Source: Oxalobacteraceae bacterium | GTDB lineage: Bacteria; Pseudomonadota; Gammaproteobacteria; Burkholderiales; Burkholderiaceae_D | Length of the DNA stretch: 64,000 bases | Assembly: GCA_003537575.1 (NCBI GenBank) | Contig: DPRS01000016.1 | Location: 1,898-65,897, forward strand | Reading direction: 5' to 3' | In this document: positions 1 to 9,201 of the stretch, piece by piece | Numbering within the stretch: the stretch's first letter is position 1 | How the letters are laid out: each line of letters opens with the position of its first letter | Made by a program: the position numbers and the translations under genes | Notes under the pieces: model-generated | The model's database searches: none | What the model was told of the DNA's origin: nothing | Seen by the model: only the letters and a program-made list of their open reading frames with translations

Positions 1-1556
1 CGGGCGATGCGCTTGCGTTCCTCTTCCTTGATATGTTCCTGGTGCGCGGCCAGCTGGCGCAGCTCTTCCTGCGACTGCCGCAAAGCCGCTTCGGTGATCC
101 GGCGCTGCGTGATGTCGTGCGCCACTACCACGATGATCCAGTCCTGGCCGGAACGCAGCGCATGACGCCGCATTTCCACCGAAAGACGGGAACCGTTCTT
201 GTGCCGCATCCATACCGTCTCGATGCCGCGGTCCTTGCCTTCGACCAGGTCATTGGACAGGGCGCGCAATTGCTGCAGCGAGAGCGAGCCAAGGTCTGCG
301 GCGCTCAGCTGCAGCAATTCCTCGCGCGTATAGCCCAGCATGCGGCAAGCCGTGGCATTGGCATCTATAAACATCAGGCTGGCATGGCGGACCAGGAAGA
401 TGGCGTCGGCAGTCGAATCCATGGCTGCGCGAAAGCGCTGCAGCGCTTCCAGACTGCGCATGCGCTCAGTCACTTCCCTGGTGAGACCGCGGTATCCGAT
501 AAACCGTCCGGATGCATCGAACATCGGCTTGCCGCTGCTGACGAAATAGCGCGGAGGAGAATCGGGGTAAGAGACCCACGATTCAAGCTCATGGTACGGT
601 TGCCTGGCTTCGAGCGCGGCATGGAAAGCAAGCCGCGTGGCGTCATCGCATTCCGACGGGATGTCCCAGGGCGACAGCCCAAGCAGGGCCTGCGGATCGT
701 CGCCGGGATACCGGGTCCGGTACGCAAAGATTTTCGTGAAACGCATCTGCGCATCCTGTTCCCAGTACCAGTCCGATGACATGTCCACCAGGCTGCGAAA
801 GCGCTCTTCGCTTTCCTGCAACTTCTGTTCGGACTCTTTCATCTCGGTGATGTCGGCGACGGAGCCAAGCATCCTGATCAACGCGTTGCTGTCATCGAAA
901 ATCAGTTCTCCGCGGTCGATTCCATAGCGAATCGCACCATCCGGGCGCATGAAGCGCCTTTCGATTTCGAAGGAATTGTCCCTGGCGGCGATGCGCAGCA
1001 AGATGTTCCTAGAAGCTTCGCGTTCTGCAGGGATGCTGGCGCCAGGCAGCGCCCATTCAGCGGATCTGGTGATCTCGAAATGCCTGTCTCCGGCCATGAG
1101 CCTCGAGAAGGCATGTTTATAGGCTTCCCGGTCTTCGGGATGCGTCGTGGTGGCGCGCATCCATTCCAGCGTCGGCGTCACCGACTGCGGTTCCAGGCCG
1201 CAGATGCGGAAAAGTTCGTCCGAGCATTCCATCGCGCCGGTTTTCACGTCCAGCGTCCAACTGCCGACATGGCCGATTCTCTGGGCTTCGGTCAGGGTAT
1301 GCCGAATCTGCTTGAGCTTTTCCTCGCTGTGCTTGCGCCGTTCGACTTCCACGCTCAGTTGCTGGTTGGCGCGCACCAGTTCTTCGGTGCGCTCGACCAG
1401 CGACTGCTCGCGCTGGCTGAGTCTCGCTTCAGCCAGCTTGCGCCTTGTTACCTCCGACTCGAGGTCTTCCTGTCTTTGCTGCAGCATTGCAATGGTGCGG
1501 CGCAGCTCGACGAGTAATTGCTCATTTCCCTGTGACTGGACAGCGGGTTGCTCCAT
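1..1556 (-). CDS. multi-PAS sensor histidine kinase, N-terminal ~518 codons (3' end lies beyond the window edge)
   Basis: Absent from the ORF track because it has no stop in the window. The reverse strand is open from ATG 1556-1554 (MEQPAVQSQGNEQLLVELRR...) to position 1. Hand translation shows a coiled-coil leader and repeated PAS-like blocks (RFMRPDGAIRYG, SSDWYWEQDAQMRFT, VWMRHKNGSRLSVEM...VVVAHDITQRR). It ends in HQEHIKEEERKRIA, the start of a HisKA_3-type helix. The + strand ORFs listed here are Arg/Ala-rich shadows. Confidence 0.75.
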   Translation of the reverse strand, partial: MEQPAVQSQGNEQLLVELRRTIAMLQQRQEDLESEVTRRKLAEARLSQREQSLVERTEELVRANQQLSVEVERRKHSEEKLKQIRHTLTEAQRIGHVGSWTLDVKTGAMECSDELFRICGLEPQSVTPTLEWMRATTTHPEDREAYKHAFSRLMAGDRHFEITRSAEWALPGASIPAEREASRNILLRIAARDNSFEIERRFMRPDGAIRYGIDRGELIFDDSNALIRMLGSVADITEMKESEQKLQESEERFRSLVDMSSDWYWEQDAQMRFTKIFAYRTRYPGDDPQALLGLSPWDIPSECDDATRLAFHAALEARQPYHELESWVSYPDSPPRYFVSSGKPMFDASGRFIGYRGLTREVTERMRSLEALQRFRAAMDSTADAIFLVRHASLMFIDANATACRMLGYTREELLQLSAADLGSLSLQQLRALSNDLVEGKDRGIETVWMRHKNGSRLSVEMRRHALRSGQDWIIVVVAHDITQRRITEAALRQSQEELRQLAAHQEHIKEEERKRIA

Positions 1557-1583
1557 TCATTCTCCTGGCAATTCCGTCCTGTA

Positions 1584-2684
1584 TCAAGCCGGTTTGATCG
1601 CCACTTTCAGTACGCCATCCCGTTGGTGCGAAAACAGATCGTAAGCCGCCACGATATCGTCGAGCTTGTAGTGGTGGGTGACCAGCACGCCCAGGTCGAT
1701 CCGGCCCGATTCCACGACATTCATCAGCCGGCGCATGCGTTCCTTGCCGCCCGGACAAAGGGCCGTGTTGATCCTGTGGTCGCCCAGGCCGGCGGCAAAG
1801 GCCGATAGCGGAATTTTCAGGTCGCTGGAATACACGCCGAGGCTGGACAGGGTGCCGCCCGGTTTCAGCACGCGCAACGCCGATTCGAACGTCGCTTGCG
1901 TGCCGAGCGCCTCGATGGAGGAATCGGCGCCGCGCCCGCCGGTGATTTTCATCACTTCGTCGACGACGTCGCAGTTCCTGAAGTTGAGCGTGATGTCGGC
2001 GCCCATGGTTTTGGAAACGCCGAGGCGCTGGTCGTTGCCATCCACGGCGATGATGGTGGTGGCGCCGAGCAGGCGGGCGCCGGCGGTGGCGCACAGGCCG
2101 ATCGGCCCCTGCGCGAACACCACCACGGTATCGCCGATCCTGATATTGGCGTTTTCCGCGCCCTTGAAGCCGGTGGACATGATGTCCGGGCACATCAGCA
2201 CCTGCTCGTCGGTCAGGCCATCGGGAACCGGCGCCAGGTTGGCCTGGGCATCGGGCACCAGCACGTATTCGGCTTGCGTGCCATCGATCATGTTGCCGAA
2301 GCGCCAGCCGGCGGTGGCCTTGTAGCCATGACAGCCGCAGCGGCCGCTGGGGATCAGGTAGCTGCCGTCCTGGGAGGGATAGCCATCCTGGGCCGCATAG
2401 GAAGAGAAACTCGGGCAAATCGCACCGGCGATGACGCGCTGTCCTTCGGTGTAGCCTTGCACCGCGCTGCCGAGCTTTTCGATCACGCCGACCGGCTCAT
2501 GGCCGATCGTCAATCCCTTCGCCACCGGATACTCGCCTTTGAGAATGTGGATATCGGTGCCGCAAATCGTCGTCGTCGTGATTCGCACCAGGGCGTCGTT
2601 CGGGCCGACATCCGGGATTGGCTTGTCCGCCAGTTCAATGCGTCCAGGTTCAACGAATACCGCTGCTTTCATCATGGCTGCCAT
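1584..2684 (-). CDS. zinc-dependent NAD(P) alcohol dehydrogenase (medium-chain family)
   Basis: 366-aa ORF with CGTDIH, GHEPVG and a GPIGL dinucleotide-fold motif. The true start may be the MKAAVF Met a few codons in. Confidence 0.9.
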   Translation of the reverse strand: MAAMMKAAVFVEPGRIELADKPIPDVGPNDALVRITTTTICGTDIHILKGEYPVAKGLTIGHEPVGVIEKLGSAVQGYTEGQRVIAGAICPSFSSYAAQDGYPSQDGSYLIPSGRCGCHGYKATAGWRFGNMIDGTQAEYVLVPDAQANLAPVPDGLTDEQVLMCPDIMSTGFKGAENANIRIGDTVVVFAQGPIGLCATAGARLLGATTIIAVDGNDQRLGVSKTMGADITLNFRNCDVVDEVMKITGGRGADSSIEALGTQATFESALRVLKPGGTLSSLGVYSSDLKIPLSAFAAGLGDHRINTALCPGGKERMRRLMNVVESGRIDLGVLVTHHYKLDDIVAAYDLFSHQRDGVLKVAIKPA

Positions 2685-2916
2685 GTGCTTCTCCTCAGAG
2701 GAATTACAAAGACATAGTTGAGTTACTTTATGTATTTCCTCATCATAAGACGAAGTCTTAACTTATCAAAGCTTTTTTGCTTGTTGGCAATTTTTAATCG
2801 CGTAAACAGCCAGCCGCAAAGTGGGTTGTCAGACCGCTGCGCAAGGCGCATCGCCGCCCGGTGCGCGGCGTTCGGGGAGCGTAGAATGTTTCGGTCCACA
2901 CTTTGCTGGAGGGCCG

Positions 2917-3258
2917 ATGATGAAACGCCTGATGTTTCTTGCCATGCTGGTGGCTGCGCAGGCATTCGCGCACCATGGCTGGAGCGGCTATGATGCCGAC
3001 CATCCGCTGCAACTGTCCGGCAGCATCGAAGACTCCGGCTATGTTCACCCGCACGGATTTGTCCGCCTGAAGACGCCCGACAAGACCTGGACCGTGGTGC
3101 TGGCGCCGCCGACCCGCCTGGAAAGGCGCGGACTCAGCCGCGAGATGATCAAGCCCGGCAAGCAGGCTTCGGTGTACGGTTATCCGAGCCGTGAAAATTC
3201 GCAGGAAATGCGCGCCGAACGCATCACGATCGACCGGAAAACTGTGGAGCTGCGGTAG
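2917..3258 (+). CDS. secreted protein of unknown function (DUF6152-like)
   Basis: ATG at 2917 lies after a GGAGGG Shine-Dalgarno. Signal peptide is MMKRLMFLAMLVAAQAFA, so the predicted mature N-terminus is HHGWSGYD. The longer track ORF from 2821 has an implausible Arg/Gly-rich leader. Confidence 0.7.
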   Translation: MMKRLMFLAMLVAAQAFAHHGWSGYDADHPLQLSGSIEDSGYVHPHGFVRLKTPDKTWTVVLAPPTRLERRGLSREMIKPGKQASVYGYPSRENSQEMRAERITIDRKTVELR

Positions 3259-3746
3259 TGCAGCAGGCTGCGGGCTTTCTGGCCTGGCTGGAGGCGACAC
3301 CCTTGTCGCACGCCATGCGCTACGACCTGTGGCTGTACCCGATCGTGGAAATCTTCCATATCATCGGCTTTGCCACCCTGTTCGGCACGGTGGCGATGTT
3401 CGACCTGCGGGTGCTCGGCATTGCTTCGAATCTGCCGCTGGATGCGCTGGGCCGGCATCTGTTGCGCTGGTCGGCGGCAAGTTTTCTGCTGATCGTTCCT
3501 GCCGGCCTGATGATGTTTTCCGCGCATCCGCATGAGTTCATCGATAACCCGGTTTTCGTGGCCAAGATGCTGCTGATCGTTACCGCCGGCTTGAATGCGC
3601 TGCTGTTTCATGCCGGCGTTTACCGGTCCAGCGCGGACTGGAACAGGGGCGTGCCGGCCCCGGGGCTGGCAAAGGCCCAGGCGGCGCTGTCCCTGACGCT
3701 GTGGATTGCGGTGATCAGTTGCGGCCGCCTGCTGGCTTATACCTGA
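3258..3746 (+). CDS. integral membrane protein of unknown function (DUF6644-like), about 4 TM segments
   Basis: The GTG start shares a base with the TAG stop of the upstream gene (TAGTG). Hydrophobic segments include IVEIFHIIGFATLFG, FLLIVPAGLMMF, MLLIVTAGLNALLF and LSLTLWIAVISCG. Confidence 0.7.
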   Translation: MQQAAGFLAWLEATPLSHAMRYDLWLYPIVEIFHIIGFATLFGTVAMFDLRVLGIASNLPLDALGRHLLRWSAASFLLIVPAGLMMFSAHPHEFIDNPVFVAKMLLIVTAGLNALLFHAGVYRSSADWNRGVPAPGLAKAQAALSLTLWIAVISCGRLLAYT

Positions 3747-3795
3747 AGGCCCAAAGCCATGGCTAGGCGGCCGCGAACTGGCGCGGCTTTGCGCT

Positions 3796-4827
3796 TCAGG
3801 TGCTTGCTTCGGCCAGCGCGCGCAGGCGTGCCAGTTCCGTGTCGATGATGGCAATGCCTTCGCGTTCAGCCAGCGCGCGCTGGCGGTAGCGGCGATCGGC
3901 CGGCTGGCGCGGCTGGCCGGCATCCTGCATCTGCCGCACCAAGGCCTCGGTGCGCGCGGCGAAATTGTGGCCGGCGCCCTTCGATGGATCGATGACGATC
4001 AGCAGCTGGCCGGTCCAGGGCGTTTGCGCGCCGGGATGGCCGGACCAGTCGAAATCAAAGGAGAAGTTGCCGCCGGTAAGGGCTGCGGCCAGCAGTTCCA
4101 CCATCATCGACAGCGCCGATCCCTTGTAGCCGCCGAAGGGCAGCAGGGCGCCGCCGTCGAGAATGGCCTTGGGGTCGCAGGTCGGCTGGCCGTCGCGGTC
4201 AACGCCATAGCCTGGCGGCAGCTGCCTGCCTTCGCGCGCGGCGATCTGCACGTCGCCGTTGGCGATGGCGCTGGTGGCGAGATCGAACACCAGCGGGTCA
4301 TGCCCTTCGCGCGGCGCGGCAAAGGCGATCGGATTGGTGCCGAACAGCGCGCGCTTGCCACCGTGCGGCACCACGCAGGCCATGCTGTTGACGAATGACA
4401 GCGCCACCAGGCCTTCGCGGGCGAACGGCTCGACATCCGGCCACAGCGCGGCGAAGTGATGGGAATTATGAATGGCCAGCAGGGCGATGCCGTTGGCGCG
4501 CGCCTTTTCCAGCAGCAGCGCGCGCGCCGCCGCCAGCGCCGGCTGGGCGAAACCGTTTTTCGCATCGACAGTGACGAAGCCGGGAGCGGCATCCGTCACT
4601 TGCGGCACGGCTTTGCCATCCACCCAGCCGCTGGCGAGCGTGGAAACATAGCCGGGAATGCGGAAGATGCCGTGGCTGTCGGAACCGTCGCGCTGGGCGC
4701 TGGCACAGTTGTTTGCGAGGATGGCAGCGACTTCGGCAGAGGTGCCGTGGCGCTCGAAGATGCGCGCCAGCAGCGCGCTGAGTTCGGCGAAGGAAAGATG
4801 GGTTTGTTTGTCCTGCTCGGATGGCAT
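3796..4827 (-). CDS. Ldh_2 family oxidoreductase (delta1-pyrroline-2-carboxylate / delta1-piperideine-2-carboxylate reductase-like)
   Basis: 343 aa with family-typical blocks DSHGIFR, HNSHHFAALWPD, FGTNPIAFAAP and LLPFGGYKGSALSMMVELL. It lies 58 bp downstream of putA on the same strand. Confidence 0.85.
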   Translation of the reverse strand: MPSEQDKQTHLSFAELSALLARIFERHGTSAEVAAILANNCASAQRDGSDSHGIFRIPGYVSTLASGWVDGKAVPQVTDAAPGFVTVDAKNGFAQPALAAARALLLEKARANGIALLAIHNSHHFAALWPDVEPFAREGLVALSFVNSMACVVPHGGKRALFGTNPIAFAAPREGHDPLVFDLATSAIANGDVQIAAREGRQLPPGYGVDRDGQPTCDPKAILDGGALLPFGGYKGSALSMMVELLAAALTGGNFSFDFDWSGHPGAQTPWTGQLLIVIDPSKGAGHNFAARTEALVRQMQDAGQPRQPADRRYRQRALAEREGIAIIDTELARLRALAEAST

Positions 4828-4885
4828 GGTCGGGCTTTCTGGTTGTGTTCTATATAAGTCTGCTGCTACTGGTGTTGCTGCGGCT

Positions 4886-7800
4886 TCAGCCGATCGTCAT
4901 CAGGCTGGCATTGCCGCCGGCGGCGGCGGTGTTGACGCTGATGGCGCGCTCGATCAGCAGGCGTTCCAGCGGCGCCGCGGTGTCGCCGCGGGCCAGGCCG
5001 ATGACGCCGATGATCGGTCCCGGGCGGCGTGCCACCTGCTGGCACACCGCGCGCAACTGGTCGCTGTCGCCATGGTGCAGCACGGCGTCGAAACGTTCTT
5101 CAGCGGCGCTCCAGTCCGTCACCAGGCGGATGCGCGCGCGTACCGCCGCCGGCAGTCTGGCGTGCAGGGTGCGTGTTGTTTCAGTCTCGTCCCACAGCAT
5201 GGCGCTGCCGACGGCCAGCGCGGCGGCGAGCTGGCACAGCCGGTCAGCTTCGCTGTCGGCCAGGCCCAGCACGGTTTCGCGCGGCAGCAGGCGGTAGGTG
5301 TTGCGCTCGCCGGTCGGGCCCGGCAAGGTGCGCGCCAGGCCGCTTTGCGATAGCGCGGCGAAGGTGTCGCACAGGGCGGCGAGCTGGTCCAGCTGCTGCT
5401 GCGCCGCCCATTGCTTCAAGGCCGTCAGCGGCTCGCCCTGGCGTGGCTGCAGTGCGCTGCGCAACTGACTATCGGCCGGCGCCGCAGCGAGGGCATCCAT
5501 GCGCTTGAACGTGCGGGCGACGCCATCGGCCGGGCGGGTGGCCAGCAGGCGGTACAGGTACAGCGGGCCGCCGGCCTTGGGACCGGTGCCGGACAGGCCT
5601 TCGCCGCCGAAAGGCTGCACGCCGACCACCGCGCCAACCATGTTGCGGTTGACGTAGATATTGCCGGCATGGGCCTGGTCCACCACGCGGGCGATGGTTT
5701 CGTCGATGCGCGTGTGCACGCCGAGCGTCAGGCCATAGCCGGTGGCGTTGATCTGTCCGATCAGCGCGTCGAGATCTTCGCGCCGGTAGCGCAACACGTG
5801 CAGCACCGGGCCGAACACTTCGCGCTCGAGTTCGTCCAGGCTGTCGAGTTCGATCAGGGTCGGCAGCACGAAGGTGCCGCGCTGCAACGCCTCGCTTTGG
5901 TCGCGGGCGATCTGGTGCACGCGATGGCCCCTGGCGCGCATGGCCTGGATATGCCCGTCGATGCCGGCCTTGGCTTCGGCATCGATGACCGGGCCGATGT
6001 CCATGTTGAGATTGTCCGGATTGCCGATGCGGTATTCGGCCATCGCGCCCTTGAGCATGCTGATCACGCGTTCGGCCACGTCTTCCTGCACGCATAACAC
6101 GCGCAGGGCGGAGCAGCGCTGGCCGGCACTGTCGAAGGCCGAGGTGATCACGTCGGCCACCACCTGTTCGGTCAGCGCCGAGGAGTCGACGATCATGGCG
6201 TTCTGGCCGCCGGTTTCGGCGATCAATGGTACCGGGCGGCCGTGGGCATCGAGGCGTCCGGCCAGGTTGCGGGCAAGGATGCCGGCGACTTCGGTGGAGC
6301 CGGTAAACATCACGCCCTTGACGCGCTCGTCGCGCACCAGCGCATCGCCGATGGTGCCGCCGTCGCCCGGCAGCAGTTGCACCACGCCTGCCGGGATGCC
6401 GGCCTGCAGCAGCATGCGCACGGCTTGCGCGGCGACCAGCGGCGTCTGTTCGGCCGGCTTGGCCAGCACGGTGTTACCGGCGGCGAGCGCGGCGGCGACC
6501 TGGCCGGTGAAGATCGCCAGCGGGAAGTTCCACGGGCTGATGCACACCACGGGGCCGAGCGGGCGGTGGCTGTCGTTGGCGAAATCCTCGCGCACCTGGA
6601 TGGCGTAGTAGCGCAGGAAATCCACTGCCTCGCGCACCTCGGCGATGGCGTTGGAAAAAGTCTTGCCGGCTTCGCGCGCCAAGAGGCCGATCAGCGGCTG
6701 CATTTCCGCTTCCATCAGCTCGGCGGCGCGCTCCAGCGCGGCGGCGCGCTCGGCCGGCGGCGTGGCTTGCCAGATGGGGGCGGCGCCCAGGGAAGCCTGC
6801 ACCGCGCGGGCGACGTCGTCAGGCGTGGCGTTTTGCACACGGCCGACGATGTCGCGGTGGTCTGCAGGGTTCTTCACTAGTTCGCTGGAGCCTGCTGCCA
6901 CGGCGCAGCCCAGCATCGGCCCCGCACTCCACTCGGCATGGCCGCTGGCCAGCAGCGCGCTCGACAGCGAGCCGAGACGGTGCTCGTTGGCGAGATCGAT
7001 GCCGGCCGAATTGCTGCGCCCGCTGCCGTACAGTGCCTGTGGCAGAGGGATGCGCGGATGCGGCAGCCCGGTGCTGCCTTCTTCAGCGGCAATCGCCTCC
7101 AGGCGCGCCACCGGATTCTCCACCAGTTCCTGGATCGAAATCGACGGATCGGCGATGCGGTTGACGAAGGAAGTGTTGGCGCCGTTTTCCAGCAGGCGCC
7201 GCACCAGGTAGGCCAGCAGCGTCTCATGGGTGCCGACCGGCGCATAGATGCGGCAGGGGCGGTTGAGCTTGCCGTCGGCGGTCTTGCCGACCACCTGCTC
7301 GTAGAGCGGCTCGCCCATGCCGTGCAGGCACTGGAACTCATACTGGCCGGGATAGTAGTTCTGGCCGGCGATGTGGTACACCGTCGCCAGCGTGTGCGCA
7401 TTGTGGGTGGCGAACTGCGGATACACCGCGTCCGGCGCGGCCAGCAGCTTGCGTGCGCAGGCGACGTAGGAAACGTCGGTATAGACCTTGCGCGTGTACA
7501 CCGGGTAGCCTTCGAGGCCGTCGATCTGGGCACGCTTGATCTCGCTGTCCCAGTAGGCGCCCTTGACCAGGCGGATCATCAGGCGGTGGCGGCTGCGGCG
7601 GGCCAGGTCGATGACGTAATCGATTACGTAAGGGCAGCGCTTCTGGTAAGCCTGGATGACGAAACCGATGCCGTTCCAGCCCGCCAGCGTTGGCTCGAAG
7701 CACAGGCGTTCGAGCAAGTCCAGCGAGATTTCCAGGCGGTCGGCTTCCTCGGCGTCGAGGTTGATGCCGATATCGTAGCCGCGCGCCAGTTCGGTCAGCG

Positions 7801-8875
7801 ACAACAGGCGCGGATAGAGTTCGTCCATCACGCGGTCGTACTGGGCACGGCTGTAGCGCGGATGCAGCGCCGACAGCTTGATCGAAATGCCCGGGCCCTC
7901 ATAGATGCCGCGCCCGTGCGACGCCTTGCCGATGGCGTGGATGGCCTGCTCATAGGACACCAGGTAGCGGCGCGCATCTTCCTCCGTCATCGCCGCTTCG
8001 CCCAGCATGTCGTAGGAGTAGCGGAAACCCCTTGCCTCCAGCGCGCCGGCATTGGCGAGCGCCTCGCCGATCGTCTCGCCGGTGACGAACTGTTCGCCCA
8101 TCATGCGCATGGCCATGTCGACGCCCTTGCGGATCAGCGGTTCGCCGCTCTTGCCGATGATGCGGTTGAGCGAATTCGACAGACCGCTTTCGTTATGGGT
8201 GGAGACCAGCTTGCCGGTGATCAGCAGGCCCCACGAGGCGGCGTTGACGAACATCGATGGGCTCTGGCCGAGATGCTGTTGCCAGTTGCCGGTGCTGATC
8301 TTGTCGCGGATCAGGGCGTCGCGGGTGCCCTTGTCGGGAATGCGCAGCAGGGCTTCGGCCAGGCACATCAGCGCCACGCCTTCCTGCGACGACAGCGAAA
8401 ACTCCTGCAGCAAGCCCTGCACCACGCCGGCGCGGCCGCCGGCGGATTTCTGGTTGCGCAGGTTCTCGGCCAAGCGGTACGCCAGCTGGTCGGCGGCGCT
8501 GGTCTGCTCGGCCGGCAGGCGCGCCTGTTCCAGCAGCATCGGCACGACTTCCGGCTCCGGGCGGCGGTAGGCGCCGGTGATGGCCGCGCGCAGCACCGAC
8601 TGCGGCAGGATGCTTTCGGCGAATTCGAGGAAGGGCTGGTGCAAGGGCTCGGGCATGGCTTCCAGCGCCTCCGCGTCGCCGGCGGCCATGCGCTCGGCCA
8701 CGCCGTTCAATTCAGGCAGGGAGAGGCCGCTTTCCAGTGATTCGAGATAGGTGAAGATGGACTGCTTGATGACCCAGTGCGGGGTGCGGTCGATTTTGCG
8801 GGCGGCTTCCTTCAAGCGGTTGCGCGTTGCCTCGTCAAGCTTCACACCCAAAGTGGTGGTCATGGAAGTAGCCAT
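4886..8875 (-). CDS. putA: trifunctional PutA: RHH repressor domain + proline dehydrogenase + P5C dehydrogenase
   Basis: 1344-aa ORF. The N-terminal ribbon-helix-helix is TTTLGVKLDEATRNRLKEAARKIDRTPHWVIKQSI. The aldehyde dehydrogenase part has FTGSTEVA and ETGGQNAMIVD. I prefer the ATG at 8875 (MATSMTTT) to the ORF-maximal 8920, but the start is uncertain. Confidence 0.95.
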   Translation of the reverse strand: MATSMTTTLGVKLDEATRNRLKEAARKIDRTPHWVIKQSIFTYLESLESGLSLPELNGVAERMAAGDAEALEAMPEPLHQPFLEFAESILPQSVLRAAITGAYRRPEPEVVPMLLEQARLPAEQTSAADQLAYRLAENLRNQKSAGGRAGVVQGLLQEFSLSSQEGVALMCLAEALLRIPDKGTRDALIRDKISTGNWQQHLGQSPSMFVNAASWGLLITGKLVSTHNESGLSNSLNRIIGKSGEPLIRKGVDMAMRMMGEQFVTGETIGEALANAGALEARGFRYSYDMLGEAAMTEEDARRYLVSYEQAIHAIGKASHGRGIYEGPGISIKLSALHPRYSRAQYDRVMDELYPRLLSLTELARGYDIGINLDAEEADRLEISLDLLERLCFEPTLAGWNGIGFVIQAYQKRCPYVIDYVIDLARRSRHRLMIRLVKGAYWDSEIKRAQIDGLEGYPVYTRKVYTDVSYVACARKLLAAPDAVYPQFATHNAHTLATVYHIAGQNYYPGQYEFQCLHGMGEPLYEQVVGKTADGKLNRPCRIYAPVGTHETLLAYLVRRLLENGANTSFVNRIADPSISIQELVENPVARLEAIAAEEGSTGLPHPRIPLPQALYGSGRSNSAGIDLANEHRLGSLSSALLASGHAEWSAGPMLGCAVAAGSSELVKNPADHRDIVGRVQNATPDDVARAVQASLGAAPIWQATPPAERAAALERAAELMEAEMQPLIGLLAREAGKTFSNAIAEVREAVDFLRYYAIQVREDFANDSHRPLGPVVCISPWNFPLAIFTGQVAAALAAGNTVLAKPAEQTPLVAAQAVRMLLQAGIPAGVVQLLPGDGGTIGDALVRDERVKGVMFTGSTEVAGILARNLAGRLDAHGRPVPLIAETGGQNAMIVDSSALTEQVVADVITSAFDSAGQRCSALRVLCVQEDVAERVISMLKGAMAEYRIGNPDNLNMDIGPVIDAEAKAGIDGHIQAMRARGHRVHQIARDQSEALQRGTFVLPTLIELDSLDELEREVFGPVLHVLRYRREDLDALIGQINATGYGLTLGVHTRIDETIARVVDQAHAGNIYVNRNMVGAVVGVQPFGGEGLSGTGPKAGGPLYLYRLLATRPADGVARTFKRMDALAAAPADSQLRSALQPRQGEPLTALKQWAAQQQLDQLAALCDTFAALSQSGLARTLPGPTGERNTYRLLPRETVLGLADSEADRLCQLAAALAVGSAMLWDETETTRTLHARLPAAVRARIRLVTDWSAAEERFDAVLHHGDSDQLRAVCQQVARRPGPIIGVIGLARGDTAAPLERLLIERAISVNTAAAGGNASLMTIG

Positions 8876-8946
8876 ATGCAGTTTTTTTGCAATAAAAAAC
8901 ATTGAATAGAAAAATTTCATGGCAAATGTATCTTAGTTCCGTTAAA

Positions 8947-8999
8947 GGTGCAACTAGGTGCAACTTTCGTGTTTGCAGCTTGCTGTAATAAGGTGCAAC
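8947..8999. promoter_or_regulatory. putative PutA operator cluster (three GGTGCAAC = reverse-complement GTTGCA sites)
   Basis: GGTGCAAC occurs at 8947-8954, 8957-8964 and 8992-8999, with a near-site GTTTGCA at 8971-8977. All lie in the putA 5' leader. GTTGCA is the established recognition hexamer of the E. coli PutA RHH domain. Confidence 0.6.
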
Positions 9000-9201
9000 C
9001 ATTGTTGGGGTGGCACGTCTTTTTATGGCAAAGCCTCATGAAAAACTGGCAAGATAAGCAGACGGCAGTTACAGTTTGCGGAACTGGCAAGCGCAGCATG
9101 CTGTGTCCGTGCTTTGCCCGTATCTGCCGCATTACTCCAGGCGATTTCTTCTGGGGTGGCGCGCAAGGTTGAATCGATCGCTGAATGAGAAAGAGGAAGA
9201 T

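Noticed and set aside
33-1644. + strand ORFs 33..779, 1080..1517 and 1147..1644
   Set aside because: Their composition is Arg/Ala/Gly-rich shadow. The opposite strand reads as a continuous PAS sensor kinase, open to the window edge.
3769-3790. Terminator hairpin GCCGCG-aactgg-CGCGGC-TTT between convergent genes
   Set aside because: The stem is only 6 bp and the T-run is short, which is too weak to call.
6938-8740. 600-aa + strand ORF, and several others, antisense to putA
   Set aside because: These are typical high-GC antisense open frames. They have no motifs and are fully contained in a gene with unmistakable PutA domains.
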